Shown: positions 1 through 13,649 of the stretch, one piece after another
Numbering within the stretch: position 1 is the first letter of the stretch
How the letters are laid out: the number at the start of each line of letters is the position of its first letter
Assembly: GCA_013265495.1 (NCBI GenBank)
Contig: MU058065.1
Span: 1,139,527 to 1,203,526, forward strand
Direction of reading: 5' to 3'
Source: Vicugna vicugna
Lineage: Eukaryota
Length of the DNA: 64,000 nt
The notes under the pieces: generated by a model
Seen by the model: the letters and a program-made list of their open reading frames with translations, nothing else
What the model was told of the DNA's origin: nothing
The model's database searches: none
Position numbers and translations under genes: made by a program

Positions 1-884
1 AAAGCTTTACTGTCAGCTCTGTCTTAAACATAAGGCATTCACCCCCTTCCTTCCCAAATACTTGAAATATGCTCTTCTCTTGATAATGGCATCTTAACAC
101 TTAATGGAATGATGCTGTGAATTCTTTGGACAAAAAGAAATCGCAAAAACTTTGCAGAAAGTTCCTACAGATAAAGAGTATTTGAGCACAGTGAAATGCT
201 ACTTGCAAAATATTTTGCTCAGGTCCAGAAATATTTTGCAGTTTAAATAGAGTTATTGGGGTGAAAGGGAATAATACACTTTGGAAAGATCAAGAAATTC
301 TAAATATTTATTTATAGAATCATTGTGAAAAAATAAGCTCTCAATGAATAAAAACGCACTGCTGTTTCCTCTTCCATATCAACCCCCAAATCATCGTGTC
401 TTTCTAAATAATATTTTTAAATTATCTGAATGCACTAGGTTTACCCTCTCTAAAAGTTAAGGTAGTACTATATTGACAAATGGTATACAGCATAATGACC
501 CTTTCGAAGCTTTAGACACCTCAGTTTTGGTAAATCCAAGCTCGGCCCCTCAGTAGAGCACCTCAAAGTCTTATTTCACTAAGAAGCTTGGAGAGGACCC
601 TCTCTCCTTCATCTTTGAATTGACCGTCACCTCTCTCTGGTTTTCTGACTCCATCTCTCTCACTAGGATTTCCTGGCCTACACGGACCCTTCTTCTTTAC
701 TCTCCGTTGGCTTATTCTCGTAAGCAATTCAAAACATCCCAGGCTCCCCTTTCTTAAGGATCCTTTCCTTCAAACTCTTGCAACCTCCTGCCCGTCTCTC
801 TCATTCTTTCTCTTGTTTCCTTTCACTTTTCTCCTCTCCCTCCCTTCCTCCTTCCCTTTCACCCATCCTTTCTTCCTTCTCTCT

Positions 885-990
885 CTCTCATTCATTTATT
901 AAATCATTCATCTCTAATTCAAAAACACTTATTGAGCATCTCTTTTGCACCCAGAGCATTGTTAGCAGCTGGAGATACACTTTTAAACAG
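885..990 (-). mobile_element. L2 LINE 3' end fragment
   Basis: (cattcatt)-type tail followed by 'ttattgagcatctc...agcattgttagcagctggagatac', the typical reverse-strand L2 3' terminus. Confidence 0.6.
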
Positions 991-1139
991 GACATCAAAG
1001 TCTCAAACGTCTGGCCTCTTCTGTGTCCACCAAACAAGCTCTCTCTGTGTCTGTTGCTCCCTGACTTCTGCCACCAAAGTCTGCTGCAATGGTTTCCTTA
1101 AAAGTCACCTTGTCCTTGCTAATCTCATAATCTAGGAGG

Positions 1140-2290
1140 CTTTCTTTTTCTCTGTCTAGATTCTTCTCAATCTCTTTAGAGCTGTTTTCACTCTTCTAGA
1201 CCACAGCTTCTTTCTGGAGTGTCCCAGTTTCCTTGGCTTCCCTGAAGCTGTCCTCTGTTATCTCTCATCGTTCTAATGGTTCCTGCTTATCTTCACCAAC
1301 TTCTCTCCTTGCCCTTCATGTGTCAGTAGAGGTCCAGGTTCTGTTTCCATGATTCTCCCTTCTCTGTACTTGTCCTTGCCAACCATCCATTTTTAAGACT
1401 TCAATGCTCTATCCTATTCACATGATTTCTGAATCTAAGACTCCACTGTTTCCCATATCCTGAGACATATATTTGTCTTCCCCCTAAAGGCTGAATATTT
1501 CCAAATGGATGTCCCTTTGACACTCAGGTCAATGTGTTCCAAAACAAATTAATCCCCTACTTCCTGCTATTGAAACTTTGTCTTCAGAGGCATCCTCATT
1601 CTGCCAGTCACAGAGAACAGAAACTTCCAAGTAATTTGACACTTACATTCTTCCCATGTATACACATTCAACAGGTCAACACACTTTTCCTCGTCTACCT
1701 GGATCTCACATCTCCTATTTTCCAAACTACCTACAAGGCTTTTACTAAACTCTTTGTCTTGGCTACTAAGTGATACTCTTAACTGGAGTCTCTCTCTCAG
1801 TTTCCCCAGCAATATTCATTAACCTGAAAGAATAGTCCTAAACAAGAAACAGGATTACCTCATTCCTCTTCTTTAGAGCCGTCAGGATTATCCAAAATAG
1901 AGTCCACTTTGTCTGTAAGGTGATTCAGCCTTTGTACATGTGACCCAACCTCCTTTCTAGCCTTGTCATATTACCCACTCACGTAATTCTGTCTCCCTGG
2001 GGTCTCTTCCTCTTTGAACTACATCTCTATTTGAAAAACATAAATCTCATGTTCAGTGGAGCCTAAACTGAATGCCACTTTCTCCACGAACCTTTTATCA
2101 ATACTCTCTTGCTTCTCTAGCTTAAGTCTCTTGTGTTTGATTTGTCACTTTCTGTCTTATATTATAACTATCATCCACAAACATGAGATTCTAGAATTTT
2201 TGAAGATGGGGAATCAAATTTTGCACATTCCTTTATCTCCCATAGCATCTGGTATGCTTCTTTGCACATAAAACGTAACATGTAAATGTT
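1140..2290 (+). mobile_element. Degraded L2 LINE (3' part)
   Basis: Long pyrimidine-rich stretch with L2-like motifs ('tccttggcttccctga', 'atggatgtccc', 'aaatctc...gccactttctcc', 'tttatctcccatagcatctgg...gcacata'). Confidence 0.6.
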
Positions 2291-2651
2291 TAGGGACTCA
2301 AGGTAAATTTAGACAAAAATTAAATATATAGTTAATTCTTTTATCTAATTATTTCCAGGTATATAGTAAATTAAAGGATTATAACTGTCTAGAAATTTTG
2401 CTTCACTAAGTTTCTGGCAGATCAAAAATTTTTTGAATGGGAATTTGGTTTGGAAGGAAGTGAAGAGATAAAATTAAATATAGAGAATAAGTACATTATG
2501 TCATCCAGAATTTCCCAAACTCTAAAGAGGACTGAGCTCAGGATCTACAATTGAATGAGCAGTCAAGCCATTGTTTTTCCAGAAAGTGCTTGTAAAATGG
2601 AAAAAAATTATAATCTCTTCATCTATAGAAAGAGACACTAAAGGTCTCACA

Positions 2652-2678
2652 GAGACAGAAAGGCAGACAGACAGACAG

Positions 2679-2710
<32 letters not shown>
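2652..2710. repeat. Compound (GACA)n/(CA)n microsatellite
   Basis: Directly visible. Confidence 0.95.
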
Positions 2711-2716
<6 letters not shown>

Positions 2717-5700
2717 CATGCTTTTTCCACCCTTGTTAGGAGATTCTGTTTCTGGCTCTGACATGTGACCACTGAGGAAATCATTTCCAAATAGAGTCAT
2801 CCATGTGTCGCTAGGGTAGTAACACCTTACCCAACGACCCCTCGGGGTATTTGTGGGGTTAAAATGTGGGTGTGAAACAAAGTCAAGTTTTATTCACGAA
2901 GTGTTTTTAACCATTTAACAACAGAAACCATTTTACACATTTTTCTGTTTGAACACACATCTTGGCAAACTGGTAGGGCTGAGATCTGCACTCCTTGGCA
3001 TTTTTAAAAGTCCATTAAAAAATGCCTGCCGTTCTAAAATTCAGCCTTCTATCCCTCGTCCCTATAATCAGAGTGACAAGTAAATGTGAATCGCTAGAGA
3101 TACTGCTTAAGGACCAAACATTCATTCATAGATGCGTTTGTTACTCTAAACGGAGTGGCCAACGTGCTGTCTTCTTGCACGGTAGGTTGCACACCTGCCT
3201 GCTTAATGCACCCAAATGTAATAATACGAAAGACTGAAATTTAGACGGCCTACGCAGAGACCAGAAGCTTGGCTGTTTGTCTAGGACGACTTTCCGGGAA
3301 CAACTCACTTTTCCCTGATTGCTTTCCTTCAGACCAAATGATTGAGCCTGATGCTCTGCGTCAATGCGTGAGTTTAGATTACTCACTTTAAGGTGCTGCC
3401 CTCAAGGGCTTTCAGGGTCCAGTGTTAAAAATTTGCCTTTGATCAAACCTCATCCTCTCCTCCACATCTTTATTCATTAACAAATTAGAGGCTGTTATCA
3501 CAACAGATTAGCAACAGTTTTAATGCCCACAGTGCATCTTAAAATAAAAAGGAACAATTTCCCCATTACAATGGATGCGGTATCTTAGTTGGCCTCATTA
3601 TAATATTTATCATCTGTTATTTGTTGCCTGCGCTACACAATAGTGAAAGATACACAGCCCGCAGGGTTTAGGGTTTAATGGAGAGCACATTTGAATTTAA
3701 GATCTACCGTATCAAAATAAACCCTTCTTATGCACAGCTAAGAGGAGCATGGAAATGTGACTTCGTGACTGCCTAATGAAAAAGGGAGTTTCTTATTTAC
3801 TAAAGAAGGACAATTAACTTAGTGATTCTTTGGCAAAGGTTGAATTTTTCCCCCATTTGTAACTGTCTCTTGTGGACATCTGTTTCAATTTTCTCTTAAG
3901 GCGTTTGCAAACCTTGGGTTCCAGATTGGAATCACCAAAAGAGCTTTCCTTATCACTAATCTAGTTTCAAAAATGGAGGGTGAAAAATTGTAAGTTTTAA
4001 GTTAATTTAGGAATACAGAAGACACAGTGTTAAAAATACTCTGTCCCTGGCCACTCAGTTTCTTGAAACCTTCTCCTGAAAGATATCTTTTATCTTTTCT
4101 CTTCCTGTCTCAGTCACCTCTCTCATGGTCAGAATCTAGCCTTTTGATTACCAGTATCTTCACTCTCTCCAAACCTTAACTTTAGGCATCTGTCTTGCTG
4201 ACCACCCGACACCGGTCCTTTTGGCTCACTGCCTCTGTTTGCTTAACCTCAAGTCTCCTTTGACACTTTTTTGAAATCTCTTAATCCCTATTGGTCTTGC
4301 AGTCTTCTAGGTGTTCCTCTTGGATTGCTGTGAAGTTTGTCTTTCTGCACGCAGCTTAAGTTTTATGATCGATCATTATTAACACTCCCTGGCAAATACC
4401 CTCAACACCATTGTCCTTGTCCTTGTCCTGTGGTGTTAACGTGATGAATACGGGTGTGTCAAGTGCAGAGGTCATGATCAGTCAGTTCGGGGTAATAGCA
4501 GGCGAGGCTGTCATCATCACAGGCACAGATGACCTCAAGCAACAAACCAGATTTGGTCTGCAGCCATCTCCTCTCACCAAGCTGCCATAGCATTACTAGG
4601 TCAGTCTATTAAAGATCCATTTAAGGGAACACTTCTTTGCTCAAAAGTCCCAAACAGTATTTGATGTTAAAATATCTTCTAATGTGACAACACCAGACTC
4701 TTTCAAAGTCATTTCCTGCTACTGTACTTACCAACATCCATTCTCTGCTTATGATCCCCCCTCAAAAATACAGACCGCTGAGTAATTAACACTTAATGAA
4801 TCCATTAGTTAAACTTATAATTGTTGAAGACGTATCTTTGCCAGATAGTGTGCTGGGTCCTAGCCTTTCAACAGAGAACAAGATGTTTGTTTTCCCCAAA
4901 CTTAGAGACTAGAGGCAGAGCCAGGTAAGGAAGACCAAGGTGACAAAGAGAATAGCGTGAAAGAGAAAGATAGAGATAGAAATAGACATGAAAAAGGCAA
5001 AACAGAAAAGTGGAGGGACCTTCTTCAGACAGAGGGGTGCGTGAATAACTCGTTCTTCCTAGAAGATATTCTTTCCATGTCTTCAAATTCCACATAACCT
5101 TTAAAATGCACCATTAATTCATCTTTCAGTTTATTCTCACTTGGAGCTGATTTCTCTAAACTTCTCTACTTCCTCAGCCCTCCGAAGTGCAAATAGAACG
5201 GATTTTTTTCCCCAGTTTATCACACAAATTTAATTCTTGGTTCCGCAATAAAGTGAAAGTCCCTGAAGTGGGAATGAGGGAATCAGTGCCTTTCCTTACA
5301 TTTGTGGGCCCAGCAGAGTCCTGAACATTTAGAAGACTACTCTGACAGAAAAACTGACCTATTAATATTTCCATATAAATTACCAAAATAAGCACATGTA
5401 TAGACTTTATGGCAGTGAAAGATTAATTTAAGTCTGCATGATATCGGCAAATAAAGTCTTTGAAATTTTTTTCCCCTGGCCAAATTTAAAGAGTTTAGAT
5501 AAAGTTAATGCACTGTTTTGGGTTGGTATTATTAGCTTTGACTAATAATAGTATAAAACAGACATAAACAAGCTTCATAGTTTTCTCTTGTCTCACATTG
5601 AACAGTCTTGTGATGTCCAGGCAAACAAGACTTGCCCGTAAGAATGAAGGTAAAAATGTCATTGCATTGTGTGCACAAGATCTGTAAGATCCTTCCTACT

Positions 5701-6534
5701 GTACCTCAATTCCCAAAGCGTCATTTAGGAATTCATTTACTGAAATAGTAAATAACATCCCCCAACCCAATATGACCAAGTTCAGATAAAACACAAAAAC
5801 AACAAAATCATACCTTGACAGATACATGTGGAAGGCTGCTTTGCAAATCATTTCTTTCAAACCTCTTTTAGCTTCTGGAAGGAATGGAATCTCATATCTC
5901 AATGTCTGGTATCTTCGTTCAAGAGCCACAGGCAGGCTCTGGAGCAGAAATGAATGGCTAACTGGGACAAGAAGGTGAATCCAGCTGAACTGGTCACTTC
6001 AAAGTCAAGTACCTGCACAACGGACAGGACTTGACATGACTGAATGCGTCAAGGCAACTGATTCATTCCTGCCTTTTGAAGTCATCCTCAAAATCCAGCA
6101 AACTAACACTTCCCATTTCCACACAGAGATCTAGAGACTATTCACAGAGAGTCAGGTGACAGAAACTTTGGTTCACATCCAGTTTTGTGGGGAGACACAG
6201 TCATTGAGTAATTTGTCTGGCTCAGTGAATGTCAGTGAGCTGTGTGTCACATTCCCTCATATGAGGGAACTGCCAGTATTCCTACTGACTTGGATTTATA
6301 AAATATTTGTCCTCTTAACAGTGTTGAATGCTGTCATCCTTTTCATGTGATGTGTTGCTACAAACACATCCCCATTTTACGAATCAAATAACTGAGTAAT
6401 AAAGAGTGAAATTACCAAGAAGAGAGTAGCGTTGGAAGTGAGATTAAAAAGGTAACTGGAAATGGGGGCTTGATTCATGGTGATTGTAAGGACTTCACTT
6501 TGAGTGGCTTGAGAAGTCACTGGAGAATTTTCTA

Positions 6535-6730
6535 GCTCCATGCTGGGGCCGATCACGCTGGCTTGGCAGAGCCTCCCATGAACTTATCTTCCCAACTCCA
6601 ATGTGACTTCACATTGGTAGCTTGAAATCAACCACAGCGGAACTGTTTACACGGCAGAGATCAGCAAATATTACCAATCAAGACTCTTTTTTTCTCCCTG
6701 CAAAAGTGATTGTTAAAGTTTTTGCTGCTT
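6535..6730 (+). mobile_element. MER63A-like hAT-Blackjack MITE
   Basis: 'cttcccaactcc...cacattggtagcttgaaatc...tttacac...gattgttaaa' matches recalled MER63 consensus; shares motifs with 23170-23590. Confidence 0.65.
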
Positions 6731-7019
6731 TAAACAGAAGAGTGACATGGTGTGGAGCAAGTTCCAAGTTAATACTAGGAATAAGGGGGGTAAGAATAAA
6801 ATGAGAGCGATTAAATGGAAACCACTACATTAATCCAGGGCAGACTTTCAGGAACCTGGAACTGGAGTGATGACCGGGGAGATAGTAGGGAGAGTTTCCT
6901 TGCAAATCTGCTGTCAGAAGAACAACTCAACTAGTTGTTTTGGGAATGTATAAAAATACTTTAGTGTAAAATCTCCAATTATTTTTATGTTAGCCTCATC
7001 GTACATGTTACACACACAT

Positions 7020-7370
7020 ACATACGATCACCTATCACTCTGCACCTCCCAGGGCAGCACCTTGTACCAGCCCATGATTCTTCCCGAGACAAGGAATAGC
7101 GACATCACTCTTTACCAATATATGTTTTGGGTATGCATTTTAAACTTTCTTTAAAAAAAAAACATAAAATTTGTTATAAAAATGTTCTTTTTTTAGCAGC
7201 CACTACTTTATACTCTGCACCAAACATGACCAGGATACAGCATGGAAATAAGATCGAAATGATCAGAGTATTTTATATTTATCCAAAACACATTTATTCC
7301 TCAAGTGATATGTTTGTCACCATGTCCTTGGGATTACGCAGTGTAGCATGAATATACCTGCTTTAGGAGT
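7020..7370 (-). mobile_element. Old L1 (L1ME-like) 3' fragment
   Basis: Weak resemblance to reverse-strand ancient L1 3'UTR ('ttttaaacttt', 'tttatccaaa', 'gtagcatgaatata'). Confidence 0.35.
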
Positions 7371-7579
7371 GAAGAACACATCCTGATTGGTAAATTGACT
7401 GGTAGAGTCAATTTGAAAATGTTCCATTTCTGCAACAATCTGCCCCTTTGTGCTGCATCACATGGCTCACATTTGAACTGAGGGCTAATGACCCCCAGAT
7501 ACTTCATTTCATGAGCTGGCATAGTGCACGAATTAAATTACTCATAATTATGATGATAGCGATAATATAATTATAATCA

Positions 7580-7770
7580 TCTATATATGAGGCACTATCC
7601 TACACACAAATTGCCTTCAAACAGCCCTGTGAATTAGGGACTTTTATTATCCTTGTTTTGCAGATAGAAAGATAAATTGTAAGGAGCTTAACTTGTCCAA
7701 GGTCTTACAGCTTGAAACTCAGCTGATTTTGAACCAGGCCTGCCTATCCCCAGAGCTTGTGCACCATCTA
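7580..7770 (-). mobile_element. MIR SINE
   Basis: 'attatccttgttttgcagatag...aacttgtccaaggtcttacagc...tttgaaccagg' MIR core. Confidence 0.75.
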
Positions 7771-10173
7771 TGACTCATGGAATATGTGGACTTTTTTAAA
7801 AGAAAAAAAAATTCTAAACATAGAATCTGAGAATATAAATATAATGCTTGACAAGATGGCTTAGTTAAAACAGTGCTGCTTCTGATGGCCCTGACACAGA
7901 TTCTTCTAAAAGTCAACAGGCAAAGGGATAGCCAGTGTGACCGGGGGACACAAGAGGTCTTCCTGTCACACACCAGTCCCATGGGCCACAGAACAGCCAA
8001 CATGCGAGGTGGCACAGGGACCTGGCCTTAACTACTCAAGGACACATCTCTGCCCTTGAACTGCTCCACCCAGGTCCTAGTCTCAACCCACATCTTTTTG
8101 ATCCTGACCACCACCTCCTCCATTATTTCTGTTCATCATCTTTTGTTCCAAAGCTAGACAGGATACAGGCTTCCAATCTTTTACAACCAGAGAATATGCA
8201 GCCAATGCATAATAAAAATAAAGGGTTAAGTCATGAGCTTTCACAGACTAAGAAATATTTTATTGCTTTAAAAAAATGTGTCATAGTATCAATGAATTTT
8301 ATAGCAAAGATAAGCCTTCTTGAGATCATACCCAATCTGGAAATGTCTTCCGCCAAAAGTCAGGGGGACTGTAAACATTTCTCGTGACTTGAAACATCAC
8401 TAACTGTAGAGTAAAGACCCCCGCCCAACTCACTGGGGAGTTTGGCAGCACACGTATTGGAGGACAGGGAAACTTACTAAGTTCTTTCCAAAGACAAATA
8501 ATTGTAGTCAAAACTATTGAACTACCTTTGGTAAAGACTCTACAGTTACAAATGAATTTCAAGAAGCTGCTGAGAGATTGCAAATTCAGATGCTTAAATT
8601 CTCTGATTTAAAATCTGTAATGAAAGAAAGAAAAATATTTCAACAGAGACAGGTAGGGTGACAGCGTTCAACAGGAGATGTGATTTGTGCATAATAAAAG
8701 ATGGTAGGACCAGGGTACCTAAGGAAGCAGAGATGGGTTTAACCAGGCAATGGGACTTCTCCTTCAACTACAACTCAATCAAGAGATTCACTCTCACTAG
8801 CTCCTTAGAAACCAAGTTGATCAAAATTTGGTTCTTGTGTTGTATCTCATAGAATATAGTTATTTACTACTTACATAATTATGCTTCAAGTAATAAACCC
8901 TACTTCTCTTCCGCAATGTGGCACTTTTATTTAAACTTTTTTTGCCCTCTTGAAGTCCTATATTAAGAATTCTTCGAACATCATTAGGAAAGGATATTAG
9001 ATGGTTTTGGATGGGATGCGTGGCATTCAGAAGACCCCAAGTTTTGTCCATCTTGATCCTCATTCTGTCCCCAGCATCTGGTGCATTATTTGGAATATGA
9101 ACACCTTCAAGTACTGGTTAAATAATAAACCAAACGAATACTGTCATAAAAGCTGTCAAGAGTATAATGTTCCAGGTGGGCGAGTCTGACCATCAACACC
9201 TCTTAATGGGAACTTGTCATGCAACTCACCGTACAAGCACGCAAACATGTTCCAGGTTGTTTGGCCAATAGCAAACTTCAGGACAAATTTGGCAAGTCCA
9301 CATTTGAGACAAAACAAAAGTACATCAACATTTTAATTTACAGAATTAGTTCTCCCTGTCTCATCAGGACCTATATTGTCTACGGCTCCTTCCTCTCAGA
9401 ATCAGCCCTGCATGAAATCCCCTTTTAGTCTCTGGATTGGTAATCCTGGTTTTAGATTTCCCACTCCTGGTTTCAGATTACCTCATCCTCCCAAGCATCA
9501 GGCCTTCTTCAGTCTCCTCGACATTTGTGTCACCCAGGAGACTGCAGTGTAGAACTGTACGTACTACTCGTAAAATTTAATTTACAAATACGGTCAAGGA
9601 GAAGTATTTACATCGCCTAGGAAAATCCCCAATCTTCCTCAAAACTAATCTTCCCCTTCATTTAGCAACAAGCATCCTAAATCACTGTTCCAAAGCTTTG
9701 TTCATGGAGAAGCCTCAAAAATTTCTCTCCAAAGGATAATATTTATGGGTCTCATGTGTTGTTTCTAAGAGAGTAAAACAAGAGTTTTACGTTGTAAGTA
9801 ATCAAAGGGATACCTTTGGGACAACACTGGATGTTGAATGGTAGAGAACAGAAGAGGATAGAAAGGAAATTGAATCTCAGAGCCAGACGCTGCCCTAAAT
9901 CCCTAGCGTTTGGTGCTTCTTGAATTGCTCTGACAAAGAGAAGCTCATCTAATGGGTGACGTGTGAGTTAAAAGAATTTCATAGTCAAGTCATTAAAAAC
10001 AGCCAAGTTAAAGAGTTCAGTAAACTTCTTAGCTGCAGGTCCCAAGGATGAACAACATGCCAATGTGCATTGTGACCGTCCCAGAAGCTTTCACAGGTTG
10101 CTGTGTTTCCCAAACTGTTTTTCAGGGAGTCTCATAGAGTGAAGAGCATCCTTTTGAGAATGAACTTGTAGCG

Positions 10174-10347
10174 AGTGATTTTCAACCTTGGCTACCCACA
10201 GATCCACCCGGGGAGTTTCTAAAAATGCTGATGTTGAGATCCATCCCCAGAGAGATCTGTTACTAGGTCTGGGTCAGGGTCTCAGGCACTGGTGTTTAAA
10301 ATGCTCCCCGGGTCTCACTATGGGCAGCCAGGGCTGAGAAGTCTTGT
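10174..10347 (+). mobile_element. MER5B-like hAT-Charlie MITE
   Basis: 'agtgattttcaaccttggct...aaaaatgctgatg...ggtctggg...gcagccagggctgagaa' MER5-family layout. Confidence 0.75.
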
Positions 10348-10823
10348 GCTGTGAGAGTGAGGAAAACCAGCTGACCTGCATCTCCAGACCCTGGCTGCAT
10401 GACCCCACCATCTTTTCACGAGCCCCATAAAAGTTGGAGAGTTCAGAACATGGTAAATACTGGTGCTTGTTTCATCTTTAAAGAAGGCAATACATTATTT
10501 ACTACACTTTGAATAAGAAAGAAAAGCAGGAATCGATTGTCATGCTTGTTTTACTTTATGATTAATTACCAGCTACTGGTGACTGGGACAACTCATGTTT
10601 GAAAGGAAAAGCGGAACCTCTCGTCTATGAGGAAACAACTACAAAACCAGAAGTAGGAGGCCGACTTTGGAGTGGGCGTGCAGCTGAGTGAGGGAGACCG
10701 TTCATTTCAACCGAGAGTTGATGTCGCCAGTCATCAAACAGTTCTGTAGCTGCAGTTGGAACCCCTGGATTCTTGCCCCTGGAATCTTTGCAAAGCTATG
10801 CTGGAAAGCATTCATTTCCTTAC

Positions 10824-11009
10824 CTGGCTGGCATATTTCCCGTTTCACTGTGTGGTTTTGAGCTAATTTGATCTTTAAGGGAAGTCCTTGTTTCAGTACT
10901 TCAGTACTACTGACCAACTCACACTCAGCACCCATTGTGGTTGAATCCATTTCACGACAGTTGTCTCCCAGGGTCTGTAGACCCTCGTGGCAACTGGCCA
11001 AGATCTACC
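10824..11009 (-). other. Candidate exon carrying an ATG (10950) and 42 codons + 1 nt to a splice donor
   Basis: Minus strand: ctcttacAG| acceptor (weak tract), gaaATGG Kozak, MDSTTMGAECELVSSTEVLKQGLPLKIKLAQNHTVKREICQP, then CAG|GTAAGG donor; no recognisable repeat; protein not recognised. Confidence 0.3.
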
Positions 11010-12169
11010 CTGTAAGAGTGTCCCTCACGGGAGGAACAAAGAGGCAAACTGCCTACTCGGAAAGTTTGGGAAGTAAAAGTCATACCAAAGAGATGAAATT
11101 AAAATTCCACTAAGTTTCCATGATTGGCTTCCAAAATGAGCAGTCTGATTTTTTTTTCTTAAATTAAATACACCAAATCTGTTTATTCTATTTGTAAAGG
11201 CCAAGGATTATCATTCTTCTCCTGGCACTTATGACTTCATAAGGCATCTGTTGCCAAGCATGTTTGTTCTCCTTCAAGCTCTGCAGAAGAACAATTAAGA
11301 TTTTTCTCTGTCATTCTTTTTTCTAAGCAGCAGCAGGATTAGGGGATGTAAATACATACATTTTGGTTTTAACCCTGTGACAGTCAATCGATAGAAGTCA
11401 GAAGAAACTTTTTTAAGAGAACAAAGAGAGCTTTGTGGCTGCTGAGTCCAAATTTTATTTTCTGGTCCCCAATGGGATCTTTCCTTTCCACTTATTCCGA
11501 CCACCCTGGGACTGTCAGTCAGGTGTCTACCAATGCCACCAACAGATGTGCCACCATACATAGAAACTGACAGTCTAGGATCTGTTGAAAATGCTGTCTG
11601 TGCAATTGTGGATGTAGATGTGAGTATTGGGGGCACAGGGGTGGGGTGGGAGGTGAGGTGCACATGAGGGTGATGGAAAAAAAACTGTTAAAATATGTGA
11701 AAATGCCTAAGGATAACCAGTACCACCAGAAATACCGTAGGTGATCTTACAGAGTGGGGTAAAACTGGCTTATCAAATTCAATCAACAATTTGTAGACTA
11801 CCAAGTTGAAGGTTACCTATGAGAAGCAGAAGAGAGGCTCTAGATGAAACATGTCAAGGGGAGCTGGGAGGGGTCTCGGGGCCCGGAGGCCAGCACCTCT
11901 GAGGGAACCAAGTGTGTGTGGTGTCCCCTCCTGTCATTTTTTTGCCGAAATCTGTGTCTGTGGCCAGGGCCAGGCCAAAATGTATTGACTTCCAGTGCAA
12001 AGCAGAGAATACGCCGAGATGCTCATCCCCAGAGGGAAGCAGAAGTCGAACCAGAAAAATCCCCTCACCCCCCCCCCCAAGAAAGAGTCCAAGAGGACAG
12101 AAGACAGAAGACAGAGAAGCGAGAGGTTGGCCTTGAGGACCAGAGGCAGCTGATGATTTTGTGTGACTT

Positions 12170-12644
12170 TGTAACCGAGCAGGACCCTGTGGAGCCTTCC
12201 AGGGTTAGACCCTCCCCCATGTCCTCTGCTGGAGCTCCTCTCTGAAGTACCAGGGTAACAGAATCTCATGTCTATTTCCTAGCTTTTTAGATGCTAAAAA
12301 CCACCACCAAAGGGAAGAAATTAACTACTTGGTGATGGAGAGCACAGAGCCCCAGACCTTCTGTTGCCTGGGAGTTGATAGTTTTGACCACCCTGTTCCT
12401 TCAACATCAACCAGTCAGAGAGTTGTGCACGAGCCGATCACATACCCTGCGAGACCCCCTCCCTCACTTGCCTTTACATATGCCTTCCTGAGACTCTTTG
12501 AGGTGTTGGGGGTTTTCTAGGGCACGAGCCACCCCGTCCTCCTTGCTTGGTCCTGCAGTAAACCTTTCTCTGCTCCAAACTCTTGACGTTTCAGTTTGTT
12601 TGGCCTCGTGGTGCATCAGGCACACGAACTTGCCTTCAGTAACA
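12170..12644 (+). mobile_element. ERV1-class solo LTR (475 bp)
   Basis: TGTAAC...TAACA termini, 4-bp TSD ACTT/ATTT (1 mismatch), TATA-like 'tttacatat' ~12473, polyA-like AGTAAA ~12557. Confidence 0.85.
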
Positions 12645-13649
12645 ATTTCAGAAGTGCTGATCGCCTTCACCCCAACCCCAGTGTGGCTCTTCTCCCACAC
12701 CACTGGCTAAGGTTTCCAGCTATATGGATTTAACTGGTTCCAGCTGGTGAACATTCCTTTAACTGGTAAGTCCCTTCCCCTCAAAAAAGTTTATACGTAG
12801 AGATTCTGAGGAACAGTGGGAACTCAGATGTGCGAGGGGGAGGAGTGTCAGATAATTTTCTCAGAGGGGAGAGGCCAGAGAGAGTGCACTGCGGAGGGAA
12901 AGAGGGGAGTTTGGTGGGGGTGGGGTGGGCAAGAAAATATCACAGCAGAGCCTGAAGGGGTGCATCACCTCCAGCCAACTCACTTCCAAAGTGGGCTCTG
13001 ATGGCGTTGCTTCTTCTGTATTTTAAAACAGCCATTATTGCTTTGACTGGGGATGATGAATTTACATGAGCAGTGCCGGGAAATAAACCCAAAGGTTATT
13101 GCAAAGGTTATTTATGAGAAGCAAACGTCTCGGTGGAGGAAATCTGTAGCACTTGGAAGCCGAGATCGTGTCAGCCTAATACCTTAAGCCCAGCGCGGCA
13201 GCAGGCAAGGCTCAATGCCTGTGTCTGCTGGCTCCTCAGGCTTACACACCGTGCTCTGTGCCCAAGACTTCAGAGATTCCTTGGTAGCATCAAAGCCTGA
13301 AACATTTACTTCCTACAGAAATGCTAATAGCTGGCAGTTTTCTATTGAAGCTCACCGACTTCCAGAGCTCCCACCCACCCTTGGTTACTCTTTCAAAGTC
13401 AGTTGTTATCAAGAGCATAAGAGCAGTGAGCCCCCTCTTGGCTGTACTGTTTACCTCTCCTGATTTATTTCCCAGGCACAGCCACAGCATTTCTCAAGAA
13501 TCTGGTCCTCCTCTTTGTACATTGATCCTGAAATACTAGCCAGGAGAAGGAGGGCTCAGAGATGGTGGCTAGTCCAGCCGGGGTACCAGGCACTTTGCTC
13601 AGGATGGCGCTGTGAGATGCAAAGAGTGAGAGAAGGGATGCCCAAGGGT

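Noticed and set aside
10824..10950. Identification as a MITF alternative first exon
   Set aside because: Only a similar length; the splice phase does not fit my recollection and no other MITF exon is visible
11844..12269. 133-aa and 111-aa overlapping ORFs
   Set aside because: They cross the LTR boundary in GC-rich DNA; no recognisable domain
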